A DNA stretch of 64,000 bases, from assembly GCA_965209055.1 (NCBI GenBank), contig OZ242374.1:1472001-1536000 (forward strand). The letters are read 5' to 3'. This DNA is from Acidobacteriota bacterium. GTDB lineage: Bacteria; Acidobacteriota; UBA6911; RPQK01; JAJDTT01. Below the pieces are notes generated by a model. It did not search any database. It saw nothing but the letters and a program-made list of their open reading frames with translations, and was not told where the DNA came from. This document shows, one piece after another, positions 37,384-47,224 of the stretch; within the stretch, counting starts at the first letter, position 1; each line of letters begins with the position of its first letter. The translations under genes were made by a program, and so were the position numbers.

Positions 37384-38007
37384 ATGGCTCAGCAGGCACA
37401 CGACGCGAGCATTTCCGATTGGGCGGGAGGAAAATCTCCCTTCGCCATCGGCTCCAAGAAGCTGGGGATGTGGCTTTTCATCCTCTCCGACACCTTGACC
37501 TTCACGGCGTTGCTGGTGGCCTACACTTACGTCCGAGTCGCGAATGAAGGCTGGCCCCGGCCCTTCGATACATCCAGCATCGCGCTGGCTTCGGTCATGA
37601 CCTTCTGCCTGCTCTCCAGTTCGCTGACCATGGTCCTGGCCGTCGCCGCCGCTCATCGGGGCGACCAGTCGACTGCGGCGAATTGGATCTGGGCCACCAT
37701 TGCGGGAGGGCTGGCCTTTATCGTGCTCCATGGCTACGAATGGATGCAGTTGATCGAACATGGCGTCACTCCGTTCAACAACCCATGGGGTGTTCCGCTG
37801 TTCGGCGCCACCTTCTTCACGCTGACCGGGCTCCACATGACACACGTGACCGCCGGCGTCATCTATCTGGGGATCGTGGCATGGGGTTTCAAGGGTGGCC
37901 GTTTCGACTCCGAGGACGTGGAGGTGAGCGGGCTCTACTGGCATTTCGTGGACTTGGTGTGGATGTTCATATTCCCCTTGGTCTACCTGTTGTCCAACGT
38001 AATCTGA
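37384..38007 (+). CDS. Cytochrome c oxidase subunit III (second paralog)
   Basis: KLGMWLFILSD, FFTLTGLHMTHV, GLYWHFVDLVW. Confidence 0.92.
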   Translation: MAQQAHDASISDWAGGKSPFAIGSKKLGMWLFILSDTLTFTALLVAYTYVRVANEGWPRPFDTSSIALASVMTFCLLSSSLTMVLAVAAAHRGDQSTAANWIWATIAGGLAFIVLHGYEWMQLIEHGVTPFNNPWGVPLFGATFFTLTGLHMTHVTAGVIYLGIVAWGFKGGRFDSEDVEVSGLYWHFVDLVWMFIFPLVYLLSNVI

Positions 38008-38028
38008 GATCCGGAGAAAGGTGAGTCC

Positions 38029-38325
38029 ATGAGTGACGAACATTCCCACAATCGGCTCTATCTGACGGTCTGGGTGGTGCTCCTGGTGGTGACCGTCGTG
38101 GAGGTGGTGCTGGCGTATGTCAACCTCTCGGTCATGCTCATGTTGTCCACGCTGGTGATCCTTTCCTTCTTCAAGGCGGGTCTCATCGTGGCCTACTTCA
38201 TGCACCTGCGTTACGAGCGGTTCAGCCTCTTCGTGACCTTGATCCCCATGTTGCTGATCTGCGTCATTCTGATGTTCGGGTTTCCGCTTCCGGACGCCCC
38301 CCGGGTACTGGAGTTGAAGCCGTAG
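38029..38325 (+). CDS. Cytochrome c oxidase subunit IV
   Basis: Three TM segments, KAGLIVAYFMHLRYE. Confidence 0.9.
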   Translation: MSDEHSHNRLYLTVWVVLLVVTVVEVVLAYVNLSVMLMLSTLVILSFFKAGLIVAYFMHLRYERFSLFVTLIPMLLICVILMFGFPLPDAPRVLELKP

Positions 38326-38567
38326 TGAACGGACACCGGGAGGGAACAGTCCGGTTCTTGCGCCGAGCGGCGGTGAGCTTGGTGGGCCTCCAACTGTTTG
38401 GCGGGACGGGGACGGGGCTGATGGCCCAAGGTTGCGCCATGTGCAAGAGTTCGGCCCAGGTACTGGGTCAGTTCTCGACGTTGAATGCCGGGATCCTGGT
38501 GCTCGGAGTGCCGCCCGTGATGATCCTGGCCCTGTTTCTTTACCTGGCCTTTCGTCAACGGCCCTGA
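38325..38567 (+). CDS. Small membrane protein with CAMC motif
   Basis: AQGCAMCK..LNAGILVLGVPP; start overlaps the subunit IV stop. Confidence 0.7.
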   Translation: MNGHREGTVRFLRRAAVSLVGLQLFGGTGTGLMAQGCAMCKSSAQVLGQFSTLNAGILVLGVPPVMILALFLYLAFRQRP

Positions 38568-38735
38568 CGCCCGCCAAACGCTCCCGCCGACAGGCATGGG
38601 CGCTTGGCTGAGACCGCGCCGCGGCGCCCTTGACAAGGTCCGGCGGAAGGTGTTTTAACAGTTCGGGAACGGTTCGGGAGAGCGGCCCCGAACAGGGTCG
38701 AATCATTGTTCTGAAAACTGCGGGTTTTATTGAGA

Positions 38736-39263
38736 ATGCCTGTACGAAAAGTGAGTCGGGCGAATACGGATGAAAAGAGCGAGAGGCGCCTGATCCGGCG
38801 GCGCAAGTTCGCCTTTGCCAGCATATTCGCCTTTTTGACCGCCAACTTCTTCATGACTTTGCGCTTCTTCTTTCCGCGCACCCTGTTTGAGCCGAAGACC
38901 TCCTTCAAGGTGGGCTATCCCACCGATTTCGGCTTCGGCGTGGACACGCGGTTTCAGCAGAAATACCGCATCTGGGTGGTGCGCAACGCCGAGGGCATCT
39001 TCGTCATTTCCGCTATCTGCACTCATCTGGGCTGTACTCCGGACTGGGTCGAGAGCGAGCAGAAATTCAAATGCCCCTGTCACGGCAGTGGTTATGACAG
39101 CGAAGGCAGGAACTTCGAAGGTCCGGCCCCGCGCCCCATGGACCGGGCACACGTGGAATTGGCCCCGGACGGACAGATCCTGGTGGACGTGAGCCGGATC
39201 TACAAGTGTCCGCCGGGAGCGCCGTGCGAGTTCCGGGAAGACGGGTCGTATCTGCCGGTCTGA
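38736..39263 (+). CDS. qcrA: Rieske 2Fe-2S subunit of a quinol:cytochrome c reductase
   Basis: Tat-like RRKF plus TM, CTHLGC and CPCHGS, GPAPRPM; start uncertain (38730-38751). Confidence 0.94.
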   Translation: MPVRKVSRANTDEKSERRLIRRRKFAFASIFAFLTANFFMTLRFFFPRTLFEPKTSFKVGYPTDFGFGVDTRFQQKYRIWVVRNAEGIFVISAICTHLGCTPDWVESEQKFKCPCHGSGYDSEGRNFEGPAPRPMDRAHVELAPDGQILVDVSRIYKCPPGAPCEFREDGSYLPV

Positions 39264-39313
39264 TCCCGGTTTCAGAGTCAGTCGAGCCGTTGGAGATCTG
39301 AGCGAGGAAGACC

Positions 39314-40243
39314 ATGGTCCAGAAAAAGCGGGGAGATGTGGAGCCGCCCCCCCCTCCGGGAAAGCTCAAGTCGCTCCTCAACAAAGTCCAGACCGTCCTG
39401 GATCCCTACATCGGAACTTTCGTCGACAAAGGGAAGGATGATGTCAAGGCAATCCGGCAGTACAAGGGGAGTCAGCTCTGGAAGTCGGTCTTTCGTCACA
39501 AGCTGGACGACACCCCCCGCAACCGTTCGCTGGCGGTTCTGACCAACGTTTTTCTGCACCTGCATCCTGCCAAGATCAACCGGGACGCCGTCCGCTTCCG
39601 GTTCACCTGGGGCATGGGCGGACTCTCTTTCTACCTCTTCCTGGTCCTGACCATCACCGGCATCTTCCTCATGTTCTACTACCATCCCACCAAGGGCCAG
39701 GCGTACGCGGACATCATGTTCCTGCACAACGACGTCCCCTTCGGCGGCTTGCTGCGGAACATGCATCGCTGGGCCGCCCACTTGATGATCCTGACGGTGT
39801 GGCTCCACATGTTTCGGGTATTTTTGACCGGCTCGTACAAGTCGCCGCGGGAGTTCAACTGGACCGTCGGCGTGATCTGCCTGGTATTGACCCTGCTCCT
39901 CTCCTTCACCGGCTACCTGTTGCCGGACGACCAGTTGGGTTTCTGGGCGGTCACGGTGGGGACCAACATGGCCCGCGCCACGCCCCTGCTGGGGCACGAA
40001 GGCCCCTTCGGCCCCGAGTTGGGGATTACCGCCTACAACGACGTAAGGTTTGCCTTGCTGGGTGGGTCCATCGTGGACGCCAACGCCCTCTTGCGGGCCT
40101 ATATCTGGCATTGCATCGCCATCCCCTTCTTGCTGGTGGCATTTTTGGCCGTCCATTTCTGGCGGGTGCGAAAGGACGGAAGCATCTCCGGCCCGGCCCC
40201 GGTCATGCTGGAATCGGAGATCAAGCGCGTCAGGAGGAGGTGA
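39314..40243 (+). CDS. qcrB: Cytochrome b, N-terminal (b6-like) subunit
   Basis: WGMGGLS, RNMHRWAAH..LHMFR, PREFNW, FTGYLLP, WHC-x13-HF. Confidence 0.93.
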   Translation: MVQKKRGDVEPPPPPGKLKSLLNKVQTVLDPYIGTFVDKGKDDVKAIRQYKGSQLWKSVFRHKLDDTPRNRSLAVLTNVFLHLHPAKINRDAVRFRFTWGMGGLSFYLFLVLTITGIFLMFYYHPTKGQAYADIMFLHNDVPFGGLLRNMHRWAAHLMILTVWLHMFRVFLTGSYKSPREFNWTVGVICLVLTLLLSFTGYLLPDDQLGFWAVTVGTNMARATPLLGHEGPFGPELGITAYNDVRFALLGGSIVDANALLRAYIWHCIAIPFLLVAFLAVHFWRVRKDGSISGPAPVMLESEIKRVRRR

Positions 40244-40302
40244 GCTCTCCTGCGGGCAGACCCTGTTGCGGGCTGCCGGCCGGGTGATGCGAGGACATTG
40301 AC

Positions 40303-41238
40303 ATGGATTGGTACCAACTCTGGGAGATCGTCTCCCTGCCCGACAACATTCCCATCGTGGCCATGATCGTGCTGGTCCCCTTCTTCACCTGGTACGCGTT
40401 CCGGCAAGCGTTTGCGACCGACCGGTTGATCGTGCAGTTGGAGGCCGACCCCAAGGCGGCCCGCGGCCACTACCGCAAGATCGAGCCGTTTCGGAAAGGT
40501 TGGCAGCAGAAGCTCCATGTCTGGCCCTACCTGCTGCGGGTGGAATTGTTGGCCACCGTGATCGTCACCGTGATCCTGATGGTCTGGTCCATCACCCTCA
40601 ACGCCCCGTTGGAGGCGCCGGCCAATCCCAACCTCACAATGAACCCGTCCAAGGCGCCGTGGTATTTCCTGGGCCTGCAGGAGATGTTGGTCTATTTCGA
40701 CCCATGGATCGCCGGGGTCCTGATGCCGACCCTCATCATCATCGGGCTGATGGCCATCCCCTACATCGACAAGAATCCTCTGGGGAATGGCTACTACACG
40801 TTCCGGCAGAGGAAATTCGCCATCCTGGCCTTCTGTTTCGGTTTTCTGGTTCTGTGGAGCGTCATGATCGTCATCGGGACCTTCATCCGGGGGCCGGGGT
40901 GGATGTGGTTCTGGCCCGGGGCCACCTGGGACCACCACCGCCTGGTCTTCGAGACCAACCGGGATCTGCATGAGTTGCTGGGCATCACCCAGCAGCCATA
41001 CGTTGCCGTCGTGGGCGCCGTCGCCATCGGCGTCTACCTGGTGGTCTTCGGTTTCCTCCTCCACAAGTTGATCCTGTCCACCGAGTTCAATCGGAAGATC
41101 TACGCCAGGATGACCCTGATCCAGTACGTCCTTCTCCAGTCCCTGCTCCTGATCATGGTGGCGTTGCCGGTCAAGATCATTCTGCGGCTGGTATTCCGCA
41201 TAAAAAATATCTGGGTGACCCCATGGTTCAACGTTTGA
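40303..41238 (+). CDS. Cytochrome b subunit IV-like membrane protein
   Basis: VWPYLL, APLEAPANP..NPSKAPWYFLGLQEML, PYIDKNP, IGTFIRGPGW. Confidence 0.85.
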   Translation: MDWYQLWEIVSLPDNIPIVAMIVLVPFFTWYAFRQAFATDRLIVQLEADPKAARGHYRKIEPFRKGWQQKLHVWPYLLRVELLATVIVTVILMVWSITLNAPLEAPANPNLTMNPSKAPWYFLGLQEMLVYFDPWIAGVLMPTLIIIGLMAIPYIDKNPLGNGYYTFRQRKFAILAFCFGFLVLWSVMIVIGTFIRGPGWMWFWPGATWDHHRLVFETNRDLHELLGITQQPYVAVVGAVAIGVYLVVFGFLLHKLILSTEFNRKIYARMTLIQYVLLQSLLLIMVALPVKIILRLVFRIKNIWVTPWFNV

Positions 41239-44200
41239 TCGCGCTGCTCCGGCGGCCGTTTTCCCGGCGAGGGTCGCGTAAGCCCTTCTGGGAACGGCCG
41301 GTGCCGGAAGAAGATCCCATCGTCAATTCCTCGCTGGCCGTTCCCATGGCGGTGAGTTCCCTGCTGCTGATGGTGACGCTCATCTGGGCGTTCTACGATG
41401 AAGGCTGGGGCCTCAGGCCGTGGAGGGCGCACCAGGCCGAGTTCGTTGAGCGCTACTCCACGTTTCTGAGAGGCATGAAGCCGCAGCAGGGGAGCCAGGA
41501 GGAGGAGATCAGGGCTTCGGACGGATACCTGGCGTTGCAGCAGCAGCAACAGGAGGCGGAAGCCGACGTCACTCCCCGGCTGGCGGAGATCACGGCCGAG
41601 GAAGGATCCGTCGAAGCCAAGCTCGGCGCCATCGAAAAGACCTTCGCCACGGCCCGGAGCGAGATTCAGGCCACCATCTACCTGATTGAGACCACGTCCG
41701 GCTCAGCCAGAAAGGGTTACGAAGAAGACCGCGAGGAGTTGGAGCAGAGACGCTACGAGATTCTGCTTCCCGGCGAAGACGCCCCTCAGGAGTTGAGCTA
41801 CGTCGAGTTGGAGGTCATGTTCAATTCCCTGAAAGACCAGCAGGGACGGGTTCGGGCCCGGAAGGCGGCGGTGCTGCAACGGCCGAGCCAGATCCGGCGA
41901 GAGATGCAGACCTACGTGGCGAATCGCATGGAAGGGCTCACGGCCAGTCAGATTCAGGGCCTGATCAATGGGCTGGACGACTTTGAGTACGGGATCCACC
42001 AGATCCACAATGGAGACATGGGCCTGGTGGACCGGTGCGAGACGTGTCACCTGGGGATCACCGAGCCGGTAACGATCCGCGCCGCCGACATGGGCGGAAT
42101 GGAACTCTTCGCCAGCCATCCCAGGTCGGAGTTGTTGGATGTTCACGACCCGGAGGTGTACGGTTGCTCCCCCTGCCACAACGGGAACGGAATCGGCACC
42201 GTAAGTACTGATACCGGCCACGGACGATACAAGCATTGGCTCTGGCCCCTCTATCCGCCCGAGAACATGGAAGCCGGCTGCCTGCGGTGCCACGGCGACG
42301 CCGCCCGGCTGGACATGGCCCCGGTGTTGAGCGCGGGCCGCGAGCAGTTCCGGTGGCGCGGCTGTTGGGGCTGCCATCCCCGGCAGGGCTTCGACCAGGA
42401 ACGGCTTGCGTTGCTGGTCAACCAAAAAGACGTGACGACCCTGGAAGCCGAAAAAGAGGCCGTCCGGCTCCTGATCGAGCGGACGGTGGGCCAGGCCGAC
42501 GAAGCCGAAACCAACGAGGAGGCGAATCGCCTCTACGCTGAGGCGGATCGTCTCACACTGCGGGTCGCCGACCTCGACACCCGGGTCGACCGGGAGCGGG
42601 ACCGGGGCCGGCAGCTTCTCCAAGAGGTCAAGACACCCGGGCCGAATCTCAAGGAGGTCCGGGTCAAGCTGCGCCGCGACTGGTTGCCTGGCTGGATCGA
42701 GAATCCCCACAATTTCCGGCCCACCACCAAGATGCCGCATTTTCGCCTGGAAGAGGATCAGGCCCGGGCGATTGCGGCATTCGTCTGGCAGTCCGGCGTC
42801 AATGGAGAGCTGGAGAATCATGCCCAAGGCGATGCGGAACGGGGCAAGGTGCTGTTCGAGACTCGAGGGTGCATGGCCTGTCACGCCATTGGCGAAGGGG
42901 ACGAGGAGGTCGGAGGGACCTTCGCGGCCAATCTGAGCCGTGTGGGCGACAAGGTGAACTTTGACTACCTGGTGCGCTGGATTCGCAATCCGCGAAAACG
43001 GACGCTCCCCTACTGTCCGACGCTCAAGCGGGACCTCACTCCCGAAGACTATGCAGCCGCCGGGAAACCGTTCCTTTTCGACCTTCAAAACAATGAATGT
43101 CCGGTCTGCGGCGGAACTCTCCAGGTGCAGAATCCCACGGTCATGCCCAACCTGCGTCTGACCGTGCAAGAGAGCCGCGACATTGCAACCTACCTGAAGA
43201 GCCAGGCGCCCGGCGCCGAATACGCTGCCGCGGCGTGGCTTGAGGATTCGGAACTGGCGCCCAAGGGACGGGCCATGGTTCGCCACTTCGGCTGTGCCGG
43301 CTGCCACGAGATCGCGACCCTGGAGGATGAAGGAAAGATCGGGACCGATCTCACGGAGGAGGGCAGCAAACCGCTGGAGCGCCTCGATTTTGCGTTGCTC
43401 ACCCAGACCGCCAAGCGGGAGGGTTGGTACAACCACAAGGGATTCTTCGAGCGGAAGCTGGAGAACCCGGCCGTCTACGATCAGGGCAAGCTCAAGGAGC
43501 CGCTGGAGCGCCTCCGGATGCCCAATTTCCATCTGGAACCGGAGGAGATCACCCAGCTCACCACCTACCTGTTGGGGAGCGTGACGCCTGAGGACCGGGT
43601 TCCGGAGCGTTATCACTACCAGCCGCGGGACCAGAGGAGTCACATCCAAGAGGGCTGGGAAATTATCCTCAAGTACAACTGCATGGGGTGCCACCAGGTG
43701 GCGCCGGGTCAGCAGCCCATCGTCAAGAGTCTGCCGCTGTACCAGCAGGATGACTGGCGCGAGCAAGTGCCTCCCCCGTTGGTCGGCGAGGGAGCAAGAG
43801 TCGATCCCAACTGGTTGACCCGTTTCCTGAAGAATCCGGCTCTGGACGAGGAGCGGCCCAACCGTAACGGAGTTCGGCCCTACCTCCAGATCCGGATGCC
43901 CACCTTCACCCTTTCCGATGGGGAAGTAGAGAAGCTGGTCCGTTTCTTCGGGGCGCTGGCGCAGCAGCCATTGCCCTATCTGCCCAAGACTCTGGAACCG
44001 CTATCGCAGCGGGAGCTGACCATGGCCCGCCAGCTCTTCACGCACCCGGCGGCGCCCTGCCTGCGGTGTCATGCCACCGGCGACCCGCAGCACGACCGCA
44101 ATGCAACGGCGCCCAGCTTCGAATTGGTGAGTGAACGCCTGCAGCCGGACTGGACCCGGCGCTGGATGGTTCATCCGGAGATCATACAGCCGGGGACCTC

Positions 44201-44360
44201 CATGCCGTCGGGACTGTTCGAGCGTGAAGAGAACCGCTGGATCTTCGCTTTGGCGGATCTCCCCATCATGAAGGACTACGAGAAGGACCACGCCGACCTT
44301 GTGCTACGATACATGTTCCAGTTCACGCGACAGGAACAGCGTCGGCTCAGAGGTCGATGA
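41223..44360 (+). CDS. Membrane-anchored octaheme c-type cytochrome with coiled-coil segments
   Basis: Eight CxxCH motifs: CETCH, CSPCH, CLRCH, CWGCH, CMACH, CAGCH, CMGCH, CLRCH; N-terminal TM; several MP distal-ligand motifs. Confidence 0.92.
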   Translation: MVQRLIALLRRPFSRRGSRKPFWERPVPEEDPIVNSSLAVPMAVSSLLLMVTLIWAFYDEGWGLRPWRAHQAEFVERYSTFLRGMKPQQGSQEEEIRASDGYLALQQQQQEAEADVTPRLAEITAEEGSVEAKLGAIEKTFATARSEIQATIYLIETTSGSARKGYEEDREELEQRRYEILLPGEDAPQELSYVELEVMFNSLKDQQGRVRARKAAVLQRPSQIRREMQTYVANRMEGLTASQIQGLINGLDDFEYGIHQIHNGDMGLVDRCETCHLGITEPVTIRAADMGGMELFASHPRSELLDVHDPEVYGCSPCHNGNGIGTVSTDTGHGRYKHWLWPLYPPENMEAGCLRCHGDAARLDMAPVLSAGREQFRWRGCWGCHPRQGFDQERLALLVNQKDVTTLEAEKEAVRLLIERTVGQADEAETNEEANRLYAEADRLTLRVADLDTRVDRERDRGRQLLQEVKTPGPNLKEVRVKLRRDWLPGWIENPHNFRPTTKMPHFRLEEDQARAIAAFVWQSGVNGELENHAQGDAERGKVLFETRGCMACHAIGEGDEEVGGTFAANLSRVGDKVNFDYLVRWIRNPRKRTLPYCPTLKRDLTPEDYAAAGKPFLFDLQNNECPVCGGTLQVQNPTVMPNLRLTVQESRDIATYLKSQAPGAEYAAAAWLEDSELAPKGRAMVRHFGCAGCHEIATLEDEGKIGTDLTEEGSKPLERLDFALLTQTAKREGWYNHKGFFERKLENPAVYDQGKLKEPLERLRMPNFHLEPEEITQLTTYLLGSVTPEDRVPERYHYQPRDQRSHIQEGWEIILKYNCMGCHQVAPGQQPIVKSLPLYQQDDWREQVPPPLVGEGARVDPNWLTRFLKNPALDEERPNRNGVRPYLQIRMPTFTLSDGEVEKLVRFFGALAQQPLPYLPKTLEPLSQRELTMARQLFTHPAAPCLRCHATGDPQHDRNATAPSFELVSERLQPDWTRRWMVHPEIIQPGTSMPSGLFEREENRWIFALADLPIMKDYEKDHADLVLRYMFQFTRQEQRRLRGR

Positions 44361-44448
44361 TCTACGATGGGCCCGTGACATGAGGCGTCACGGGCCGCAA
44401 TGCACAGACCGCCCGTTCGGGACAGACAATCTTCCGGGAGAGAAGAAC

Positions 44449-45228
44449 ATGGAGAGAGCACAGTTTATTTTCGTATTGGTGATGGCTGGACTGCTGGTGG
44501 CGTCATGCGGCGGCGGAGGCGGCGCGGAGCCCGCAGCCGACGAGGCGCCGGCGCCGGCGGCAGACGCGAAGCCGGCCCCCGACCTGTCCCAGGCCGGTTC
44601 GGTGTCGGGCATGGTCAGCTTCGGCGGCGACACGCCGAAAAACGCCCGCCTTCGCATGGATGCCGATCCGGTCTGCGTCAAGGAGCATTCGGGCATTGTC
44701 CGGAGTCAGGATGTCCTGATCGGCGATGGCGGCGCCTTGATCAACACCTTCGTCTGGGTCAAGAGCGGACTCGAGCAGTACGGCTTCGACACCCCCTCCG
44801 ACCCGGTCACGCTGGACCAGAAGGGGTGTATCTACACCCCCCATGTCCTGGGAATCCAGACCCGGCAGAAGCTCCACGTTCTCAACAGCGACGGGACCAC
44901 CCACAACGTTCATCCCCTTCCCAGGAACAACCGGGAGTGGAACCAGTCGCAGCGGGCCAAGGGCAAGCCGCTGGTCCGGTCGTTTCCCCGAGCCGAGGTC
45001 ATGATTCCGGTCAAGTGCAACGTGCATCCCTGGATGAAGGCCTACATCGGCGTCGTGCCTCATCCCTACTATGCCGTCACCGGAACCGACGGAGCCTTCT
45101 CGATCGAGAACCTTCCGCCGGGCGACTACGTCATCGAGGCCTGGCACGAGAAGTTCGGGGTCCAGGAGCAGCAGGTGACGGTCCAGGCCAGCGAGGCCAA
45201 GGAAGTCAGCTTCGAGTTCTCCGGCTGA
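44449..45228 (+). CDS. Lipoprotein with cupredoxin-like copper motif and carboxypeptidase regulatory-like domain
   Basis: Lipobox LVASC, LDQKGCIYTPHV, THNVH..KCNVHPWM, GDYVIEAWHE. Confidence 0.82.
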   Translation: MERAQFIFVLVMAGLLVASCGGGGGAEPAADEAPAPAADAKPAPDLSQAGSVSGMVSFGGDTPKNARLRMDADPVCVKEHSGIVRSQDVLIGDGGALINTFVWVKSGLEQYGFDTPSDPVTLDQKGCIYTPHVLGIQTRQKLHVLNSDGTTHNVHPLPRNNREWNQSQRAKGKPLVRSFPRAEVMIPVKCNVHPWMKAYIGVVPHPYYAVTGTDGAFSIENLPPGDYVIEAWHEKFGVQEQQVTVQASEAKEVSFEFSG

Positions 45229-45242
45229 TCCGCATTCAGCGA

Positions 45243-45267
45243 GGAGCGGCGGCATTCTTGCCGCCGC
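45243..45267 (+). repeat. REP-like extragenic palindrome
   Basis: GGAGCGGCGGCATTCTTGCCGCCGC. Confidence 0.6.
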
Positions 45268-45311
45268 ACGCCCAAGTCACGGTCACGTGACGCGGGACCG
45301 GGAGAAAAAGA

Positions 45312-46316
45312 GTGGGGGGAGACAAGAATGTTCTCCCCCTCCCGACAGGCCGAATCTCACAAGGCAGTTCCAGCGTGGGGCCCCAGAGTCTTCATACAGT
45401 CCACAGGTTCGCGGTGGTGACCGCCGCGGCCACCTTCCTCCTTCTGGTGGCGGGGGCCCTGGTCACCAGCAACGACGCCGGCCTTTCGGTCCCGGATTGG
45501 CCCCTCTCCCACGGCAGTCTCATGCCCGAGATGGTGGGAGGGGTGTTCTATGAGCATTCCCACCGCCTGATCGCTGCGACGGTGGCGATTCTGACCTTGA
45601 TTCTGGCCATCTGGTTGAGCCGGGTGGAGACGCGTCCCCGAGTCCGGCGTCTGGCCTGGATCGCGGTGGCGATGGTCCTGGCCCAGGCCCTGCTGGGCGG
45701 CCTCACCGTATTGTTTTTCCTGCCCGTCGCCATTTCGGTCCTCCATGCCTGTCTCGCGCAGTTGTTCTTCTGCGCCGTGGTGGTAATCGCACTGGTCACG
45801 TCCTCGAATTGGCGGGGGCGTAGCCTTTCCGCCTTCTGTCCCGGCGAGAACCGGCGCAACGCCATTTTCTGCGCGGTGGCCACGGGCTCCGTCTATCTCC
45901 AGTTGATTCTGGGCGCTCTGGTGCGGCACACGGGGACCAGCGAGGGCAGCAAGGGGGTCACTCTGGTGACCCACGCGCTTCTCACCCACATGGCCGGCGC
46001 CGTGCTGGCCGGCGGCCTTCTCATCATGGCCGCCGTCAAGGTGTTCAAGAACCCGAGGCTCGGAGCATTCACGGGTGGAGCCTACGCCCTCGTCATTCTG
46101 GTGTTGCTTCAGTTCGTGTTGGGTGTGGGCGCACTATGGGCCCGCGTCGTGAGAATCGGGGCAACACAACCGTTCCCGTTGGGGGTCTTCCTGACCACCT
46201 CGCACCTGGCGCTGGGGGCAATTCTCCTGGTGACAGCCCTGGTGCTCACCTTGCAGCTCTCTTTTTCGAGTGCCGGCGAGCCGGCTGCGAGAGGTCGCTC
46301 CGTAGCGGCCGGTTGA
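45312..46316 (+). CDS. ctaA: Heme A synthase (COX15/CtaA)
   Basis: GALVTSNDAGLSVPDWP, FYEHSHRL, QALLGGLTV, LGALVRH; start uncertain. Confidence 0.92.
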   Translation: MGGDKNVLPLPTGRISQGSSSVGPQSLHTVHRFAVVTAAATFLLLVAGALVTSNDAGLSVPDWPLSHGSLMPEMVGGVFYEHSHRLIAATVAILTLILAIWLSRVETRPRVRRLAWIAVAMVLAQALLGGLTVLFFLPVAISVLHACLAQLFFCAVVVIALVTSSNWRGRSLSAFCPGENRRNAIFCAVATGSVYLQLILGALVRHTGTSEGSKGVTLVTHALLTHMAGAVLAGGLLIMAAVKVFKNPRLGAFTGGAYALVILVLLQFVLGVGALWARVVRIGATQPFPLGVFLTTSHLALGAILLVTALVLTLQLSFSSAGEPAARGRSVAAG

Positions 46317-46368
46317 AAGGGGCCGCCACTCTTCACGGTGACGGTGTCCGTCCCCGGAGTTGGATCGC

Positions 46369-47211
46369 ATGTTGGCTTATCTGGAGTTGACGAAGCCCCG
46401 GGTCACGTTGATGGTGGCCCTGACGGCGTTGGTCAGCTTCTACCTGGCTTCCACCGACATCGATTTCGTTCTTCTGGTCCACACCATCGTGGGGACGACC
46501 CTGCTGGCCGCCGGTTGCGCGGTCTCGAACCAGTACCTGGAGCGCGAGGTGGATGCGCGGATGCAGCGGACCCGAAGCCGGCCGCTCCCTTCGGGCCGGA
46601 TCACGCCGGCAAAGGCGCTGGTATTCGGAGTGGTTCTCACCTTGGGCGGTGGGCTTTATCTGGGAGCGGCGGCGAACTGGCTCACTGGAGGTCTGGGGTT
46701 GGCATCGGCCGCCCTGTACCTTTTCGGCTATACCCCCTTCAAGAGAAAGTCGCCCCTCTGCACCACCATCGGCGCCTTCCCGGGCGCCACTCCCGTGCTC
46801 CTGGGCTGGGCGGGCGCCAGAGGCACGTTGGATCCGGGGGCGTGGGTCCTCTTCGCCGTGCTCTTCCTCTGGCAGTACCCTCACTTTCTGGCGATTGCGT
46901 GGGTCTATAGAGACGACTATCGGCGAGGGGGATTCCGGATGTTGCCCCAGATGGACCCCGGGGGAAGAAAGACGGCGCGCCAGATCCTGATCTTCATCCT
47001 GCTGTTGGTGCCGGTCAGCCTGCTTCCGACCCAGGTGGGGCTCAGCAGCACTCTCTATGCGGCCGGCGCCGTCATCCTGGGCGGCGGTCTCCTCTGGTCG
47101 GGCCTCCGTGTGAACCGGACCCGTTCCCGCGCCGCGGCTCACACGCTGCTGAAGACCTCCGTGGTCTACCTCCCCCTTCTCATGGTCCTGATGGCGCTGG
47201 ATCGGCTCTGA
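46369..47211 (+). CDS. ctaB: Protoheme IX farnesyltransferase (heme O synthase)
   Basis: LTKPRV, NQYLEREVDARMQRTRSRPLPSG, YTPFKR, WQYPHFLAIA. Confidence 0.95.
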   Translation: MLAYLELTKPRVTLMVALTALVSFYLASTDIDFVLLVHTIVGTTLLAAGCAVSNQYLEREVDARMQRTRSRPLPSGRITPAKALVFGVVLTLGGGLYLGAAANWLTGGLGLASAALYLFGYTPFKRKSPLCTTIGAFPGATPVLLGWAGARGTLDPGAWVLFAVLFLWQYPHFLAIAWVYRDDYRRGGFRMLPQMDPGGRKTARQILIFILLLVPVSLLPTQVGLSSTLYAAGAVILGGGLLWSGLRVNRTRSRAAAHTLLKTSVVYLPLLMVLMALDRL

Positions 47212-47224
47212 GGAAGGTACGCCA

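Noticed and set aside
38630-38661. TTGACA upstream of the Rieske gene as an internal promoter
   Set aside because: Perfect -35 but no convincing -10 at 16-18 bp spacing; possible but not supportable
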